Counted from the first letter of the stretch, positions 40,727-50,726 are shown. The stretch: 64,000 nt of DNA from Candidatus Melainabacteria bacterium 17Bon1m (GCA_032128875.1 JAVLKG010000003.1:545008-609007); one strand, 5' to 3'. The notes: generated by a model from the sequence alone, not told the origin. Numbers and translations: made by a program.

Positions 40727-41839
40727 TTATGGCTCTTTCTTTGCCAATTCTGCTTTGACACGTTGCTCGATTTCTTTGAGCATAGCAGGGTTCGCTTCCA
40801 AGAATGTTCTTGCTTGGTCGCGTCCTTGACCGATGCGCTCTTCTTTGTAGCTGAACCAGGTACCGGATTTCTTGACGATTTCCAGTTCGGCGGCTGTATC
40901 GAGCAAGCAACCTGCTGAGTTGATGCCGCGTCCGTAAATAATGTCGAACTCAGCGATCCGGAAAGGAGGAGCTACTTTGTTTTTCACTACTTTGACTTTG
41001 ACGCGGTTGCCGTACTCAACACCGTCTTTCTTGAGTGTTTCGATCTTGCGGATATCAAGACGGACTGATGCGTAGAACTTGAGCGCGTTGCCACCGGTTG
41101 TGGTTTCGGGGTTGCCGTACATCACACCGATCTTTTGGCGCAATTGGTTGATGAAGATGACCATGGTGTTGGTCTTGCTTACGATTGCCGTAAGTTTTCT
41201 CAGAGCTTGGCTCATCAAACGAGCTTGCAGGCCTGGCAGACTGTCACCCATTTCGCCTTCGATTTCAGCCTTCGGAACCAATGCTGCGACCGAGTCGATG
41301 ATGACCAAATCAACAGCGCCGGAGCGAACCAACTGTTCGGTAATTTCCAAAGCTTGTTCGCCGGTGTCTGGTTGCGAAATCAAAAGCTCGTCAACGTTGA
41401 CGCCGAGAGCTCTTGCATATTCAGGATCCATTGCGTGTTCAGCATCAACGATTGCCGCGATGCCGCCCATTTTTTGAATTTCTGCTGCAACGTGTTGTGC
41501 CAGCGTGGTTTTACCGGAAGACTCCGGTCCATATACTTCAATGATTCTGCCGCGGGGCAAACCGCCGACGCCCAAAGCAACGTCTAAAGACAGTGCGCCA
41601 GTAGGCACTACTTCAATCGACTGATGTTTCGAATCGCCGAGGCGCATGATGGAGCCTTCGCCATAGGCTTTCTTGATGGAATCAAGCGCCATGCCGAGGG
41701 CTTTCAATCTTTCCTGCGGTGGTGCGGAATTTTTGTCCTTGTCCTTGCCGTTGTGTTCGGCATGGTTCTTTTTGTCCATTGCTTTTTCCGTGTTTTTATC
41801 GGGAGCGGACTTTTCTTTCTCTTTTGTAGCTACTGCCAT
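40727..41839 (-). CDS. recA: Recombinase RecA
   Basis: [43 protein letters not shown]. Confidence 0.99.
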   Translation of the reverse strand: MAVATKEKEKSAPDKNTEKAMDKKNHAEHNGKDKDKNSAPPQERLKALGMALDSIKKAYGEGSIMRLGDSKHQSIEVVPTGALSLDVALGVGGLPRGRIIEVYGPESSGKTTLAQHVAAEIQKMGGIAAIVDAEHAMDPEYARALGVNVDELLISQPDTGEQALEITEQLVRSGAVDLVIIDSVAALVPKAEIEGEMGDSLPGLQARLMSQALRKLTAIVSKTNTMVIFINQLRQKIGVMYGNPETTTGGNALKFYASVRLDIRKIETLKKDGVEYGNRVKVKVVKNKVAPPFRIAEFDIIYGRGINSAGCLLDTAAELEIVKKSGTWFSYKEERIGQGRDQARTFLEANPAMLKEIEQRVKAELAKKEP

Positions 41840-41863
41840 TACTTATTCTCCTTTAGATTTTGC

Positions 41864-41877
41864 TGTACCCGAGCACT
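41864..41877 (-). promoter_or_regulatory. Possible cyanobacterial-type LexA box upstream of recA
   Basis: AGTGC-TCGG-GTACA on the - strand versus consensus RGTAC-NNN-DGTWCB (two mismatches), about 25 nt upstream of the start. Confidence 0.3.
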
Positions 41878-42229
41878 CCACAGCCGATTGTGACGTTGGA
41901 TGGCGGGCTCTGCACTCGTGGGGCCGGTGCAAAACCTAATATTCATGCGGATTGCTTATTCACACACCAATCCAAATTATAGCCGCTACAAGGACGCGGA
42001 GCGTATTAAAAGTGGCTCCGTGACCGGATGTCGACCGTTTTTATGTGTCACTGGGATCGACTGTATATACTCTGGTTGTGTTCGACGCCAGGTTTGTAAC
42101 TAGGTGTTCCAGTTATGTGTTTGAGTTGAGTTTTCAGTTTTCGGTCGAAATAGCGTTTTAGACCGAATTGAGATGCGATCGCATATCTTTCTTTTGGGTC
42201 CTCCTGTGAAATGTGCTTCGTTCCGCAGA

Positions 42230-42279
42230 GTTTCCGTTGAAGACTCGATAGGTTCCGTTGAAGAGTCGATGGTTTCCAT
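42230..42279. repeat. 21-bp direct repeat, about 2.3 copies
   Basis: GTTTCCGTTGAAGACTCGATA / GGTTCCGTTGAAGAGTCGATG / GTTTCCAT. Confidence 0.75.
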
Positions 42280-42505
42280 TTTGGTCGAATTGACGGTGCC
42301 AACCTGCACCCTAATTGGCTTTGTGTTTCAAAGCCTGGCGCGGGGGTATAAAAAGGTTGGCTACCCAACAATTTATATAGGGTGCTTGTTAAATACAGAC
42401 GTAATTCGTCGCCGAAGAGTTCAAAATTCGCCGGCACATTTTATCTGGTGCATTTAAGAACACCTGAATCTGGTATTGGGACTGAATTGTGGAGGCAGGT
42501 GGGCA

Positions 42506-43198
42506 ATGAAGTCGGCGCCAAAACTGTTCTCAATCAGGCAGAGTGACTTGTTCGAGTCGTTCAATCCTGTTGAGTTAGGTCGGCTCTTGGGTATTTTGGA
42601 AGAGCTGGAGCTGCCAAAGCACCATATGGTTTTTTCGCCCGGCGCGCCGTCCGAGGCCATCTACTTTATAGAGAAGGGGCGAGTTCGCCTGACCAGACTA
42701 TCGCCGGAAGGAAAAACGGTGATTCTGGCGCTTTTGGGTCCTGGCGACCTAATTGGTGAAGCGTCGTGGGAATCGGGCGAGCATGACAGTTATGCTGAAA
42801 CGCTTGAAGAATCTCGTATATATCAAATTAGCCGAGAGGCCTTCCAGAACTTCATTCGCGAGAATCCGGAGTTTGGTTTGAGGCTCATCCAAATCATTGG
42901 CGGCAGGCTGAAACAGGCACAGGCGCGTATTGAAGACCTTGTCTTCAGGCAAGTCCCGAGCCGTGTCGCCCGTTTGCTCGTGACTCTGGCTGAGTCGCAT
43001 GGCAAAGTGACCCCCAATGGCATTCGTGTTGAGTTTCCCCTGACACACCAGGAGATAGCAGACTTGGTAGGGTCGTCAAGGGTAACTGTTACTCAAATCC
43101 TCAATAGATTCCGCTCCAGTCAGTGGATTGACATTGAATCCAAGCGGGTGACCATTCACAATCTTGACGCACTGGAAGAAATGGTCCGGCAACCCTGA
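42506..43198 (+). CDS. Crp/Fnr-family transcriptional regulator
   Basis: cNMP-fold (G.VRL...[15 protein letters not shown]); [29 protein letters not shown]. Confidence 0.95.
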   Translation: MKSAPKLFSIRQSDLFESFNPVELGRLLGILEELELPKHHMVFSPGAPSEAIYFIEKGRVRLTRLSPEGKTVILALLGPGDLIGEASWESGEHDSYAETLEESRIYQISREAFQNFIRENPEFGLRLIQIIGGRLKQAQARIEDLVFRQVPSRVARLLVTLAESHGKVTPNGIRVEFPLTHQEIADLVGSSRVTVTQILNRFRSSQWIDIESKRVTIHNLDALEEMVRQP

Positions 43199-43221
43199 AG
43201 AGACGGGCTATAATGGGCTTT

Positions 43222-43298
<77 letters not shown>

Positions 43299-43356
43299 AA
43301 TTTTCACTATCGAGATAAACAAGAAAAGCTTTGGCACTACATATGGTGCAGGGCAA

Positions 43357-43671
43357 TTAGTGATTTTGTTTGGGCTTTTGTCTTTTTGAATGCGTGCTGT
43401 GCGCGATTCGTTTGTGGGATGCTTCAGCTTGGCTGGCGTAAACTCGCGGCGCTACGTGCTCTCGGTAGGGCTGCGACGTTGGTTGAAACCAAACCAGATA
43501 AAGGCCGATACCAAGGCAAGTGACGAAAACAGCTGTTCCTAGAAATTGCGTTGAGATGTGGCCGACGTCGAAGTAGCTGAATTGAAATCTATTGAAGACG
43601 ACGAAGAAGAATGCTCCAAGCCCTACAAGCAGAAAGATAAATCCAAAATCGCCCAACGGTGTTTCTCCCAA
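43357..43671 (-). CDS. Small hypothetical membrane protein
   Basis: Two hydrophobic segments and a basic tail; start uncertain. Confidence 0.45.
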   Translation of the reverse strand: MGETPLGDFGFIFLLVGLGAFFFVVFNRFQFSYFDVGHISTQFLGTAVFVTCLGIGLYLVWFQPTSQPYREHVAPRVYASQAEASHKRIAHSTHSKRQKPKQNH

Positions 43672-43798
43672 GAATCGAAATTCAGAATCGAAGTACAGCT
43701 ACAAGGCTGATTTAACCATCCTACATCCGAATTCTTGGCAACTCGCTACTTTCACCAACTCTTAAACATCTAAGAGTTCGAGGTTCTCCACCTCTAAA

Positions 43799-44457
43799 TT
43801 AGCTTGTGACTTCAATGTTCTTATATGGATCGAAGTCAGTTCGCCAGACGGTGGTGTTGAAAATATCCACCGCTGCATCCATGTTTTCCGCAAAGCTTTC
43901 TATTGGTGCACTATAGAACAGGATGTGAATCATTTCTCCATTGCCAAAAACGTCCATGCAGTACTCGATCGTCCTGCGCCCGATATCGGAATTTTCAAAT
44001 TCGAATATTACTGTTTTAAATCCTTTGAAATTTGTTGATCTAATGCCAAGACAAAAACCCTCATCACTTTGCACCGCATGTGGCGCTGCTTCCATGATCA
44101 CATCATCCATCGTTGAAATTCTGGACAACATTCCGCTTTCCGCTGCAGGTTCCTTCGCTTCGCTGCTAGAGGCACGCATAGTTACGTCTTTGTCAAACAG
44201 ATGTTTTTTTCGCTGCAGCTCTTCGTGTCCCTTCAAAATTTCTCCGGAAAAGTATATTCCGACGGAAACCTTTGAGTTGGGGTCTGACAGTGTGATCGAA
44301 GTTTTTAAGGGCATGTCTGATGTATAAACTTGGTGAACATGCTTCCAGTCCAATTGGTAGGGACCGTCATAGTCGCGAGAGCGCCATTAGTCTTAAGGAC
44401 GCCATCTTTGAGTACTAGCGGTTCTGAGGATCCTTGGTTATTGCCCAGGAGTGCCAT
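43799..44457 (-). pseudogene. Frameshifted paralog of 44692-45354
   Basis: ATG 44457 gives MALLGNN...KTNGAL...VPTNW and stops at 44305-44307; the homologous remainder (GIYFSG, HAVQS, RTIEYC, WRTDFDP) is in another frame; span is 659 nt. Confidence 0.8.
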
Positions 44458-44483
44458 CGAATTTCACCTCTACAAGCGCTTGC

Positions 44484-44660
44484 TCAGTCAATAACGTCGA
44501 GTGGAAGTGCTGGGTCAAAATCTTTGCGCCATTCACTTGATTGTTTCGCAGACCAACCATTCGGGACGTTCATTTTCGTCAGGGCACCGTTCGTTTTTAG
44601 CAAGCCACCCTTCAGTACAAGCTCTTCCGATGTTAGATTTCTATGGTCCAATAGTGCCAT
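44484..44660 (-). pseudogene. Internally deleted 58-aa paralog of 44692-45354
   Basis: N-terminal MALLD...TNGAL...VPNGWSAKQSS fused in frame to C-terminal EWRKDFDP; own GAGG RBS. Confidence 0.8.
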
Positions 44661-44691
44661 TGAAGTTTTCCTCAAACCTAGCGGACGCAGC

Positions 44692-45354
44692 TTATTCAAC
44701 CACCTCGAGCGGAACGAACGGATCGAAATCTTGGCGCCATACGCTCGATTGGAAAGCGCTTACTGCAATGTCCATAAACTGTTTGAATTTTTCGATAGCT
44801 GCATGGTAATAGAGAATATAGACAACGCGTCCATTACCGAGAACATCAATACAATATTCTATTGTCCTTGATGAATCGCTGTCATTTTCGAATTCGTACA
44901 TGACCGACCTGAGTCCATTGAAATCTGTTGATTTTATTGCGCGGCAGTATTTTTCTTCACTTTGAACTGCGTGCCTTCCTGCTGAAAGAATATAGAAAAG
45001 CATCTTGGTGTCATTGGCAAGTTCGCCTTCTCCACCAATTAACTGAGTAGCCTCTGGTGTTCCTGCTGTCATTGTGATCTCTCGATCAAAAAGATTTTCT
45101 TTACGAATCTCTCCATCAATTTCATCATCCACGATTCCCGAAAAATAGATCCCAATCGAAAAATCGAGTCCGTCGGCATCTTTTAGGTCGATCAAGGTTT
45201 CTGGAGGAAAGCTTGGCACGATTTTATTTGAGGATTGACTAGCAGACCAACCACTGGGAACGTCCATGCTTACGAGCGCCCCATTGGTTTGCAGAACGCC
45301 GTTCTTTAATGCCACTTGCTTGGTAGTTGGATTTTTATTGTCCAGTAGTGCCAT
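44692..45354 (-). CDS. Acidic partner protein of the giant ORF (putative immunity protein or chaperone; possibly PsbP/DcrB-like fold)
   Basis: Overlaps the 3' end of the 1727-aa ORF by 20 nt; VPSGW motif; C-terminal ILYY...AFQSSVW. Confidence 0.75.
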   Translation of the reverse strand: MALLDNKNPTTKQVALKNGVLQTNGALVSMDVPSGWSASQSSNKIVPSFPPETLIDLKDADGLDFSIGIYFSGIVDDEIDGEIRKENLFDREITMTAGTPEATQLIGGEGELANDTKMLFYILSAGRHAVQSEEKYCRAIKSTDFNGLRSVMYEFENDSDSSRTIEYCIDVLGNGRVVYILYYHAAIEKFKQFMDIAVSAFQSSVWRQDFDPFVPLEVVE

Positions 45355-48300
45355 CGAACGATTCCTCTAGTAAACAATCAAAGAGTGCTTCGAGATCAAG
45401 GTCAAGTTCGTAGCGCCCTTCGCTGTTGAAAATATTGTATTTACCGTTTAGCTGATTATACCTTCCGAGTATGACGTGACCTCCGCCTTCTCCGTGAGGA
45501 TTCAGCTTTTTTGCATCAATTGCAATGGCTGCCGCTCCTCGCTTTTCTTCATAGCGTCTCTGTAATATCTTTGCAAGATGCTCCTTATCACTGACAAACG
45601 TCTGGGTTCTGCTCAGATGTTCAATGAGCTCTGAATCAACATCTTGTGGTGCTGGACCGATTAAAACAAATGTTTCTTCTGGCAGTCCATGACCTGCTGC
45701 TTTGTTGTACATCTGCAGCAGATGTTCGCTTCCAATGTGAGGTCTATCGTCTGGAAGGATTTTCTGCGGAGATAGGCCTGAGTTTTTATTCGTGTTATCA
45801 ACTTGGAATGGCAACCATTCATCGCTATGTTTGTAACAAAGTTGATGGCTCTCAGTCGTACCGAAGAATGCTACTTTGCCAGCCGCAAATTCTTTAACAA
45901 CTGCGCCATCCGTGTTTGGCGATACAATCAAAAGTCCTTTTGGAGTTTCCTTGACGTAGATGCTTCTCTCAACACAGTTCCAATGAGCGTTTATGAGCAT
46001 TGTTTGCATAGCCTTTTCCGTGGGCCTCCGAAAGTGTGGTATATGCAAGTCCTCAGTTGTCTTCCACCTATCGAGTTTGTTACTGTATGCCAGCGTTTCT
46101 AAGTCCGTAGCGTGTGCGCCAAAACTTGATGGCTTCAATCTGGTGCCGTCAGTAGTGACAAAAGTGTCGTAGCAAGAAATATCCTTTGCTATCTGCGCAT
46201 AGCGGTGAGGCGCATTGAATGCAAGTTGTTTTTGCACTACGGTTGCATTACACGTTTGATTCATTCCTTGGTGGATCATTTCGGGATTCGCAAGTTCGAA
46301 TAGCGTCATTTCTCCGCGGTGCCGAAGAGCCTCACCTTTCGGCAGGACATCTAGGTCCAGATCCAGTCCCTCCCTGATCGGACGAAAGAAGTGGGTGACT
46401 TCACGCAATGTTTTTGCAGTTTCCTTGGGATTATTGATTCTTTCCTGCAGTTGGTTTGTATGTTGGATTAAGCGTGTCAGGTTTTCCTTTGGCATGGTGT
46501 CTTTAGCACTTTCAAACAGCGCTCTTTTCGCGAAGTGTAGATTAGCGTGATCTATGGTTTTGCCGAGCAGTTTTCCTGCTGAGCGAAACTCTGCGTATTT
46601 AAGAAGGGCAACAGCAAAGTCGGAAGTAGACTTGATTCCTAATTCGTCGAGCTTGAATTTTTCCGGTTCAAGAACGGCTTCCTTTGTCAGTTCTGTTCCG
46701 GTTTCAAGAGTTGAGGTTTCGCCCGCCTTGTAGAGTTCGTTACGGATTTTTTGCTGCACATTTGATGAGAGTCGTTTGCTGGTTTCCTCTTTGATGAGTC
46801 CAACGAGATAGTTGACTTCATTCGGGTCAGCGCCTTCTTTTACAAGCGACTTAGCGAGTTTATGAACCTCATGTTCAAACTCTTTGGAGCCGAATGCGCA
46901 ATGCGTGAGAGACATCTCCGACATGCCCTTCTGCATGATTTCACGTGCGTCATCTCTGATAAGCGAAACAGTCTTCGCCGTGCCAATCCGCTCGCAAACA
47001 GCGTCCGTTGTTGCTGCTGCAACTTTCGCATCTAATTTCAACAACTTGCTCAGCGGGATTACTTTGTCAGCAAATCCAAACGAAATGTCCATAAAACCTG
47101 AGCCCGCGATCTTGAGGGACTGCGATTCGTCGAAATCACTGCCCATCATTGCGCGTGTCATCTCGAGTTTTACGCCTGCTCCGACAACTCCTGCCGACGC
47201 GAGTATTGCGGCAGTCGCCGGAGGATCTGCAATTGAAAGAGTGACACCCAACAGCATTGTTGTAGCATTAGCGACGGCTTCTGCAGATTCGCGTTTTGTG
47301 GTTACGAAATTGGCTTTCGCAACAAAATAATTTTCTAGTGCAGCTTCAAGTTCTTCTCTCGTTTTCGGCTCAAGTTTGGCAATAGCTTCTTTGTTTTCCG
47401 CGTATACTTTCGCGATTCTAGCGTGTGCGTCTACGGCTCCCTTCATCATCAGCGAATCCGCGGCGCCGTCTTGTTTTACCAGATCCTTTTGAAGGGAAAT
47501 AATTTTTTGTCCCATCGTCAAAGGCGCGTATAGTTCCACTAACTTGCGCCTATCTGCACCACTTGCTGCGTGCAAAAGATCTGCGTTCATAGTTGAGTGG
47601 TACTTGAGATAAGCTTGCTCTATGGCTTTGCGCTCTTTGGGTTTCAAACTGCCAAGCTTTTCAATCACACCTGAAAGTGGTTCGTCAAAGCCGACAACTG
47701 CTGCGCGAATGCGCATCGCAGAGGTAATATCCTTTGGGCTATTCAATTGAAGAACTTCGCGGGCGAGCTCGGCTTGTTCTTTTGATTTGAAGATCTCATT
47801 CTGCAAATACTGCGCTTCTGGCGCTTTCGACATCAACTTCTGAACTTCATCTTTTGAAAGATGCGTCAAATCGTCGATTGAGATTTTCGATTCTCTCCAA
47901 AGTGAAGCTTTGAGGTCTAGTGGCACCGTGCCAGCGTCGAAAGTCTTCTTTATATACTCTTCGTACTGAGCTTCGCGAATCTGCTGACCTTCCGCGTCGT
48001 ACTGCGGACCGCGTCCAGTGTCATCGCAGAAGCGCTTTACCATCTCCTCCAATGATTTGCGCACTTCTTTGTCTTCATCTGATTTTGGATTTTTGAGGAG
48101 GTCGTGGCTCAGACTCGCTAGCGCGATTTCGAGTTTTCGCGCACGTGCTGCATTGCTTCCTTCGTGCAGGTTTGCGAGAAGTGCTTCGCTAATCGGATCT
48201 GCTTTTTCATTGCTTTTGAGTATCTGCTGCAACTTGCGCTTTGCGACAAGCAATTCATCACCTTGCAGTTCTGCAGAAATCAATTTGTCGATTGATTTCT

Positions 48301-50518
48301 GATCCTTCTTATATGCTTCTTTTTCTGCCGGGGTCAATTGCAAAATTCGATCGAGTTTTGATAGCCGGCAATTTTTCTGGCTCATTGCGTTCCAAGAGTC
48401 TTGAGCTACTTCCTCGCGGAAGTACTCCTCGATGGAACGCTTGCCTTTGTCTTTCGACTTTTCGTATGTAAGGCTGTCCTTCGCTTTGTCGCCGACTTTC
48501 TCCGTGAGCATGTGCATTATTTGTGCACGCTCCCCATCGTTCAAAAAGTCTTTCAGATCATCGTTGAGTTTTGCCAGGTGGCTCGGATTCTCTCGCAGCG
48601 ATTGCCAATTTTCTTCGGAAATGTTCTCTACGACTTTCTTCATTCCATTCAAATCATTTTTCTGAAAATTGCCAAAGAAGCCATCGCCGTGCAGTTTTCG
48701 CAAGTCAGAGTAGATTTCCGGCGTACCGGTCATCTTTCTCTTCAGCAAGTCATATTGAGTCTTGTCGTAAAGAGTTGCGGTTTTTAAGGCTTGATCGACT
48801 GTTCGAAAATAGTTGATCAAATCCTTTTGATCTTCTGTTGGATGTTTGAGTTTTGCCAGCGCCTCTCCTTTGGTAAACGCTGCCCGATCGTCTGGATTGG
48901 CGAATTCTACAAGACGCGCCACTTCTTCCTTGTTGGCGCCGAGCCAACCGTACCAACTTGTGTTTTGGTGCAAGCCGGTGACCAACGACTCGTTGCCTCG
49001 TGCAATCAAATCTGATACCGCTTCGCCTTGAAGAGAATATTTTTGAATTACTTCCTTCGCTTCTTTCGATTTTGCGAATTCTTGTCTTGCTTCAGGAGCG
49101 GAAAGTCGCATTGCGTCTTTGAACAAATCAAAGTTGTTGTGGTCGATGGCAAGCCGCACCATCTTAGTGACTGCTTCGGGCTCCTGTGCCCATGCAGGAT
49201 TTTCCAGCATGATCTTAAGTGCTGCGCGAGTTTCGGCACCCACATTGGCATCTGTCGTTAGTTGCTGAAAAAGTTCTCTATGTCCAACCGCCAATTCTGC
49301 AATCGCTTTGGCTGGCATCATCGCAATTGTTTGACGCATTGCGCGCTCTACGTTTGCTACTTGCGGATCGCGAAGTCCGATCTTTTCAGCCAGCTGCGGC
49401 AGGCCTATTGTTCCTGTCGCGACATTGAAGGCAGCCGTTACTCCAGCGCCTTTTTGTTTTAACTCCTTCAGTTTGATCAGGTCATTCTGCAAATCGCCAG
49501 CCCAATCTGTGACGCCTTGGCGCCGCTGGAAAAGCGCTTCAATCTCTTGGACATCGGAGGGGTGGTCTCCGCCTTTCCAGCGCAACTCGCTGAAAAATGT
49601 GGTTTGACTCTGGCTTTCACTGGCGAAAGCCTCTGCAACTTGCTGTCGTTTTTCAAGCGGCAATCCTTCAATAACATCCTTTAGCTGCTTGAAGTCGACA
49701 TGTTCGCCAAATGGCAAACCGAACGGACCCGGCACATGAAGCGCCTTTTCGAGGAGTTGCACATTTGTCAAAGTCTCTTCGTCATATGTTTTTACTTCAC
49801 CGACGACGAGCATCGTTTGAGAAGGCACTTCCTCCGGCGTGTCTTTCGTTTCGCTCGAAGGAGTTTTGGTTTCACTGCCAGAACCATCCCCGCTGTTGCT
49901 GTTAGTCGCTCTCTTTTCGCGCAGACCCTTTAACTCGGGCTCGAGCTGTTCTGCAATCGACTCTCTGAGCGCTTTGTCGGCAGATTGCTTCATGTCGGGC
50001 GGCAGCAATGACTCTTTCAGATTCTTGATCATCGCCATCGCGTGCTCGGCAAAACCTTGAGTCTTGCCTTGTTTGCGCTCTTCGTCGCGCAGTGCTTTTA
50101 GCTCTTGCGTAATTACTTTGGGAACATCGCCGGTGAAGCTAATTATGTTTCGCCCTTTCCATAAAAGCGACTCAAGCTCTTTATCGTGTTTGGAGTGAGG
50201 AAGGTGTTGCAGTTCTTTCAAATCGGCCAAGTCACGACCGAAATGCATCTGTGCGCTGTTGCCCAACCAACGGACGAGCTCTGTGCGAGTTTTCTCGTCG
50301 GTAATTTTGTTTAGTTTGTTCAGCCCCTCGACTATGTCTCTGGCAATCGGGTCCGACTTGCTCCTGTCCAGAAGCTCTTGCAGACGCATGGGTTGCTTAC
50401 CGTTGGCAGCTTCGCTCGCACTCTTGTGAGATTCAAGGGCTTCGGACGCGGCAGCACGAGGATTACGCTCAGCATCCTCGGAACCCCTAGACCCTTGCTT
50501 CTCAGGCTTATCGACCAC
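45335..50518 (-). CDS. Giant effector/toxin-like protein: annexin-like repeats, hydrophobic hairpin, C-terminal papain-like domain
   Basis: 1727-aa ORF; QGMNQTC...GGHV...IFNSEG; no signal peptide. The ORF is solid; the functional call is inferred. Confidence 0.7.
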   Translation of the reverse strand: MVDKPEKQGSRGSEDAERNPRAAASEALESHKSASEAANGKQPMRLQELLDRSKSDPIARDIVEGLNKLNKITDEKTRTELVRWLGNSAQMHFGRDLADLKELQHLPHSKHDKELESLLWKGRNIISFTGDVPKVITQELKALRDEERKQGKTQGFAEHAMAMIKNLKESLLPPDMKQSADKALRESIAEQLEPELKGLREKRATNSNSGDGSGSETKTPSSETKDTPEEVPSQTMLVVGEVKTYDEETLTNVQLLEKALHVPGPFGLPFGEHVDFKQLKDVIEGLPLEKRQQVAEAFASESQSQTTFFSELRWKGGDHPSDVQEIEALFQRRQGVTDWAGDLQNDLIKLKELKQKGAGVTAAFNVATGTIGLPQLAEKIGLRDPQVANVERAMRQTIAMMPAKAIAELAVGHRELFQQLTTDANVGAETRAALKIMLENPAWAQEPEAVTKMVRLAIDHNNFDLFKDAMRLSAPEARQEFAKSKEAKEVIQKYSLQGEAVSDLIARGNESLVTGLHQNTSWYGWLGANKEEVARLVEFANPDDRAAFTKGEALAKLKHPTEDQKDLINYFRTVDQALKTATLYDKTQYDLLKRKMTGTPEIYSDLRKLHGDGFFGNFQKNDLNGMKKVVENISEENWQSLRENPSHLAKLNDDLKDFLNDGERAQIMHMLTEKVGDKAKDSLTYEKSKDKGKRSIEEYFREEVAQDSWNAMSQKNCRLSKLDRILQLTPAEKEAYKKDQKSIDKLISAELQGDELLVAKRKLQQILKSNEKADPISEALLANLHEGSNAARARKLEIALASLSHDLLKNPKSDEDKEVRKSLEEMVKRFCDDTGRGPQYDAEGQQIREAQYEEYIKKTFDAGTVPLDLKASLWRESKISIDDLTHLSKDEVQKLMSKAPEAQYLQNEIFKSKEQAELAREVLQLNSPKDITSAMRIRAAVVGFDEPLSGVIEKLGSLKPKERKAIEQAYLKYHSTMNADLLHAASGADRRKLVELYAPLTMGQKIISLQKDLVKQDGAADSLMMKGAVDAHARIAKVYAENKEAIAKLEPKTREELEAALENYFVAKANFVTTKRESAEAVANATTMLLGVTLSIADPPATAAILASAGVVGAGVKLEMTRAMMGSDFDESQSLKIAGSGFMDISFGFADKVIPLSKLLKLDAKVAAATTDAVCERIGTAKTVSLIRDDAREIMQKGMSEMSLTHCAFGSKEFEHEVHKLAKSLVKEGADPNEVNYLVGLIKEETSKRLSSNVQQKIRNELYKAGETSTLETGTELTKEAVLEPEKFKLDELGIKSTSDFAVALLKYAEFRSAGKLLGKTIDHANLHFAKRALFESAKDTMPKENLTRLIQHTNQLQERINNPKETAKTLREVTHFFRPIREGLDLDLDVLPKGEALRHRGEMTLFELANPEMIHQGMNQTCNATVVQKQLAFNAPHRYAQIAKDISCYDTFVTTDGTRLKPSSFGAHATDLETLAYSNKLDRWKTTEDLHIPHFRRPTEKAMQTMLINAHWNCVERSIYVKETPKGLLIVSPNTDGAVVKEFAAGKVAFFGTTESHQLCYKHSDEWLPFQVDNTNKNSGLSPQKILPDDRPHIGSEHLLQMYNKAAGHGLPEETFVLIGPAPQDVDSELIEHLSRTQTFVSDKEHLAKILQRRYEEKRGAAAIAIDAKKLNPHGEGGGHVILGRYNQLNGKYNIFNSEGRYELDLDLEALFDCLLEESFDGTTGQ

Positions 50519-50726
50519 GGCAGACCTGTTTAATAAATCTGTCTTCGATATACCCGTTTGAGCGGGTTTATAAGATTTTGGGCGCCAGTGGGCGTTCTGG
50601 GGGCTGCCGAACTTTCTAGGCTTCCCAGGGAAAACCCCAGGTCGCCTCCATTGGTTGGGTCGGTGTTTCTATGTTGGCAGAACGTTAAAATCAACCTACT
50701 CGTTTCAAACTTCCTCGGTGCGCGAT

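Noticed and set aside
42061-42076. E. coli-type SOS box (CTGTATATA...) upstream of recA
   Set aside because: The right half-site ACAG is missing
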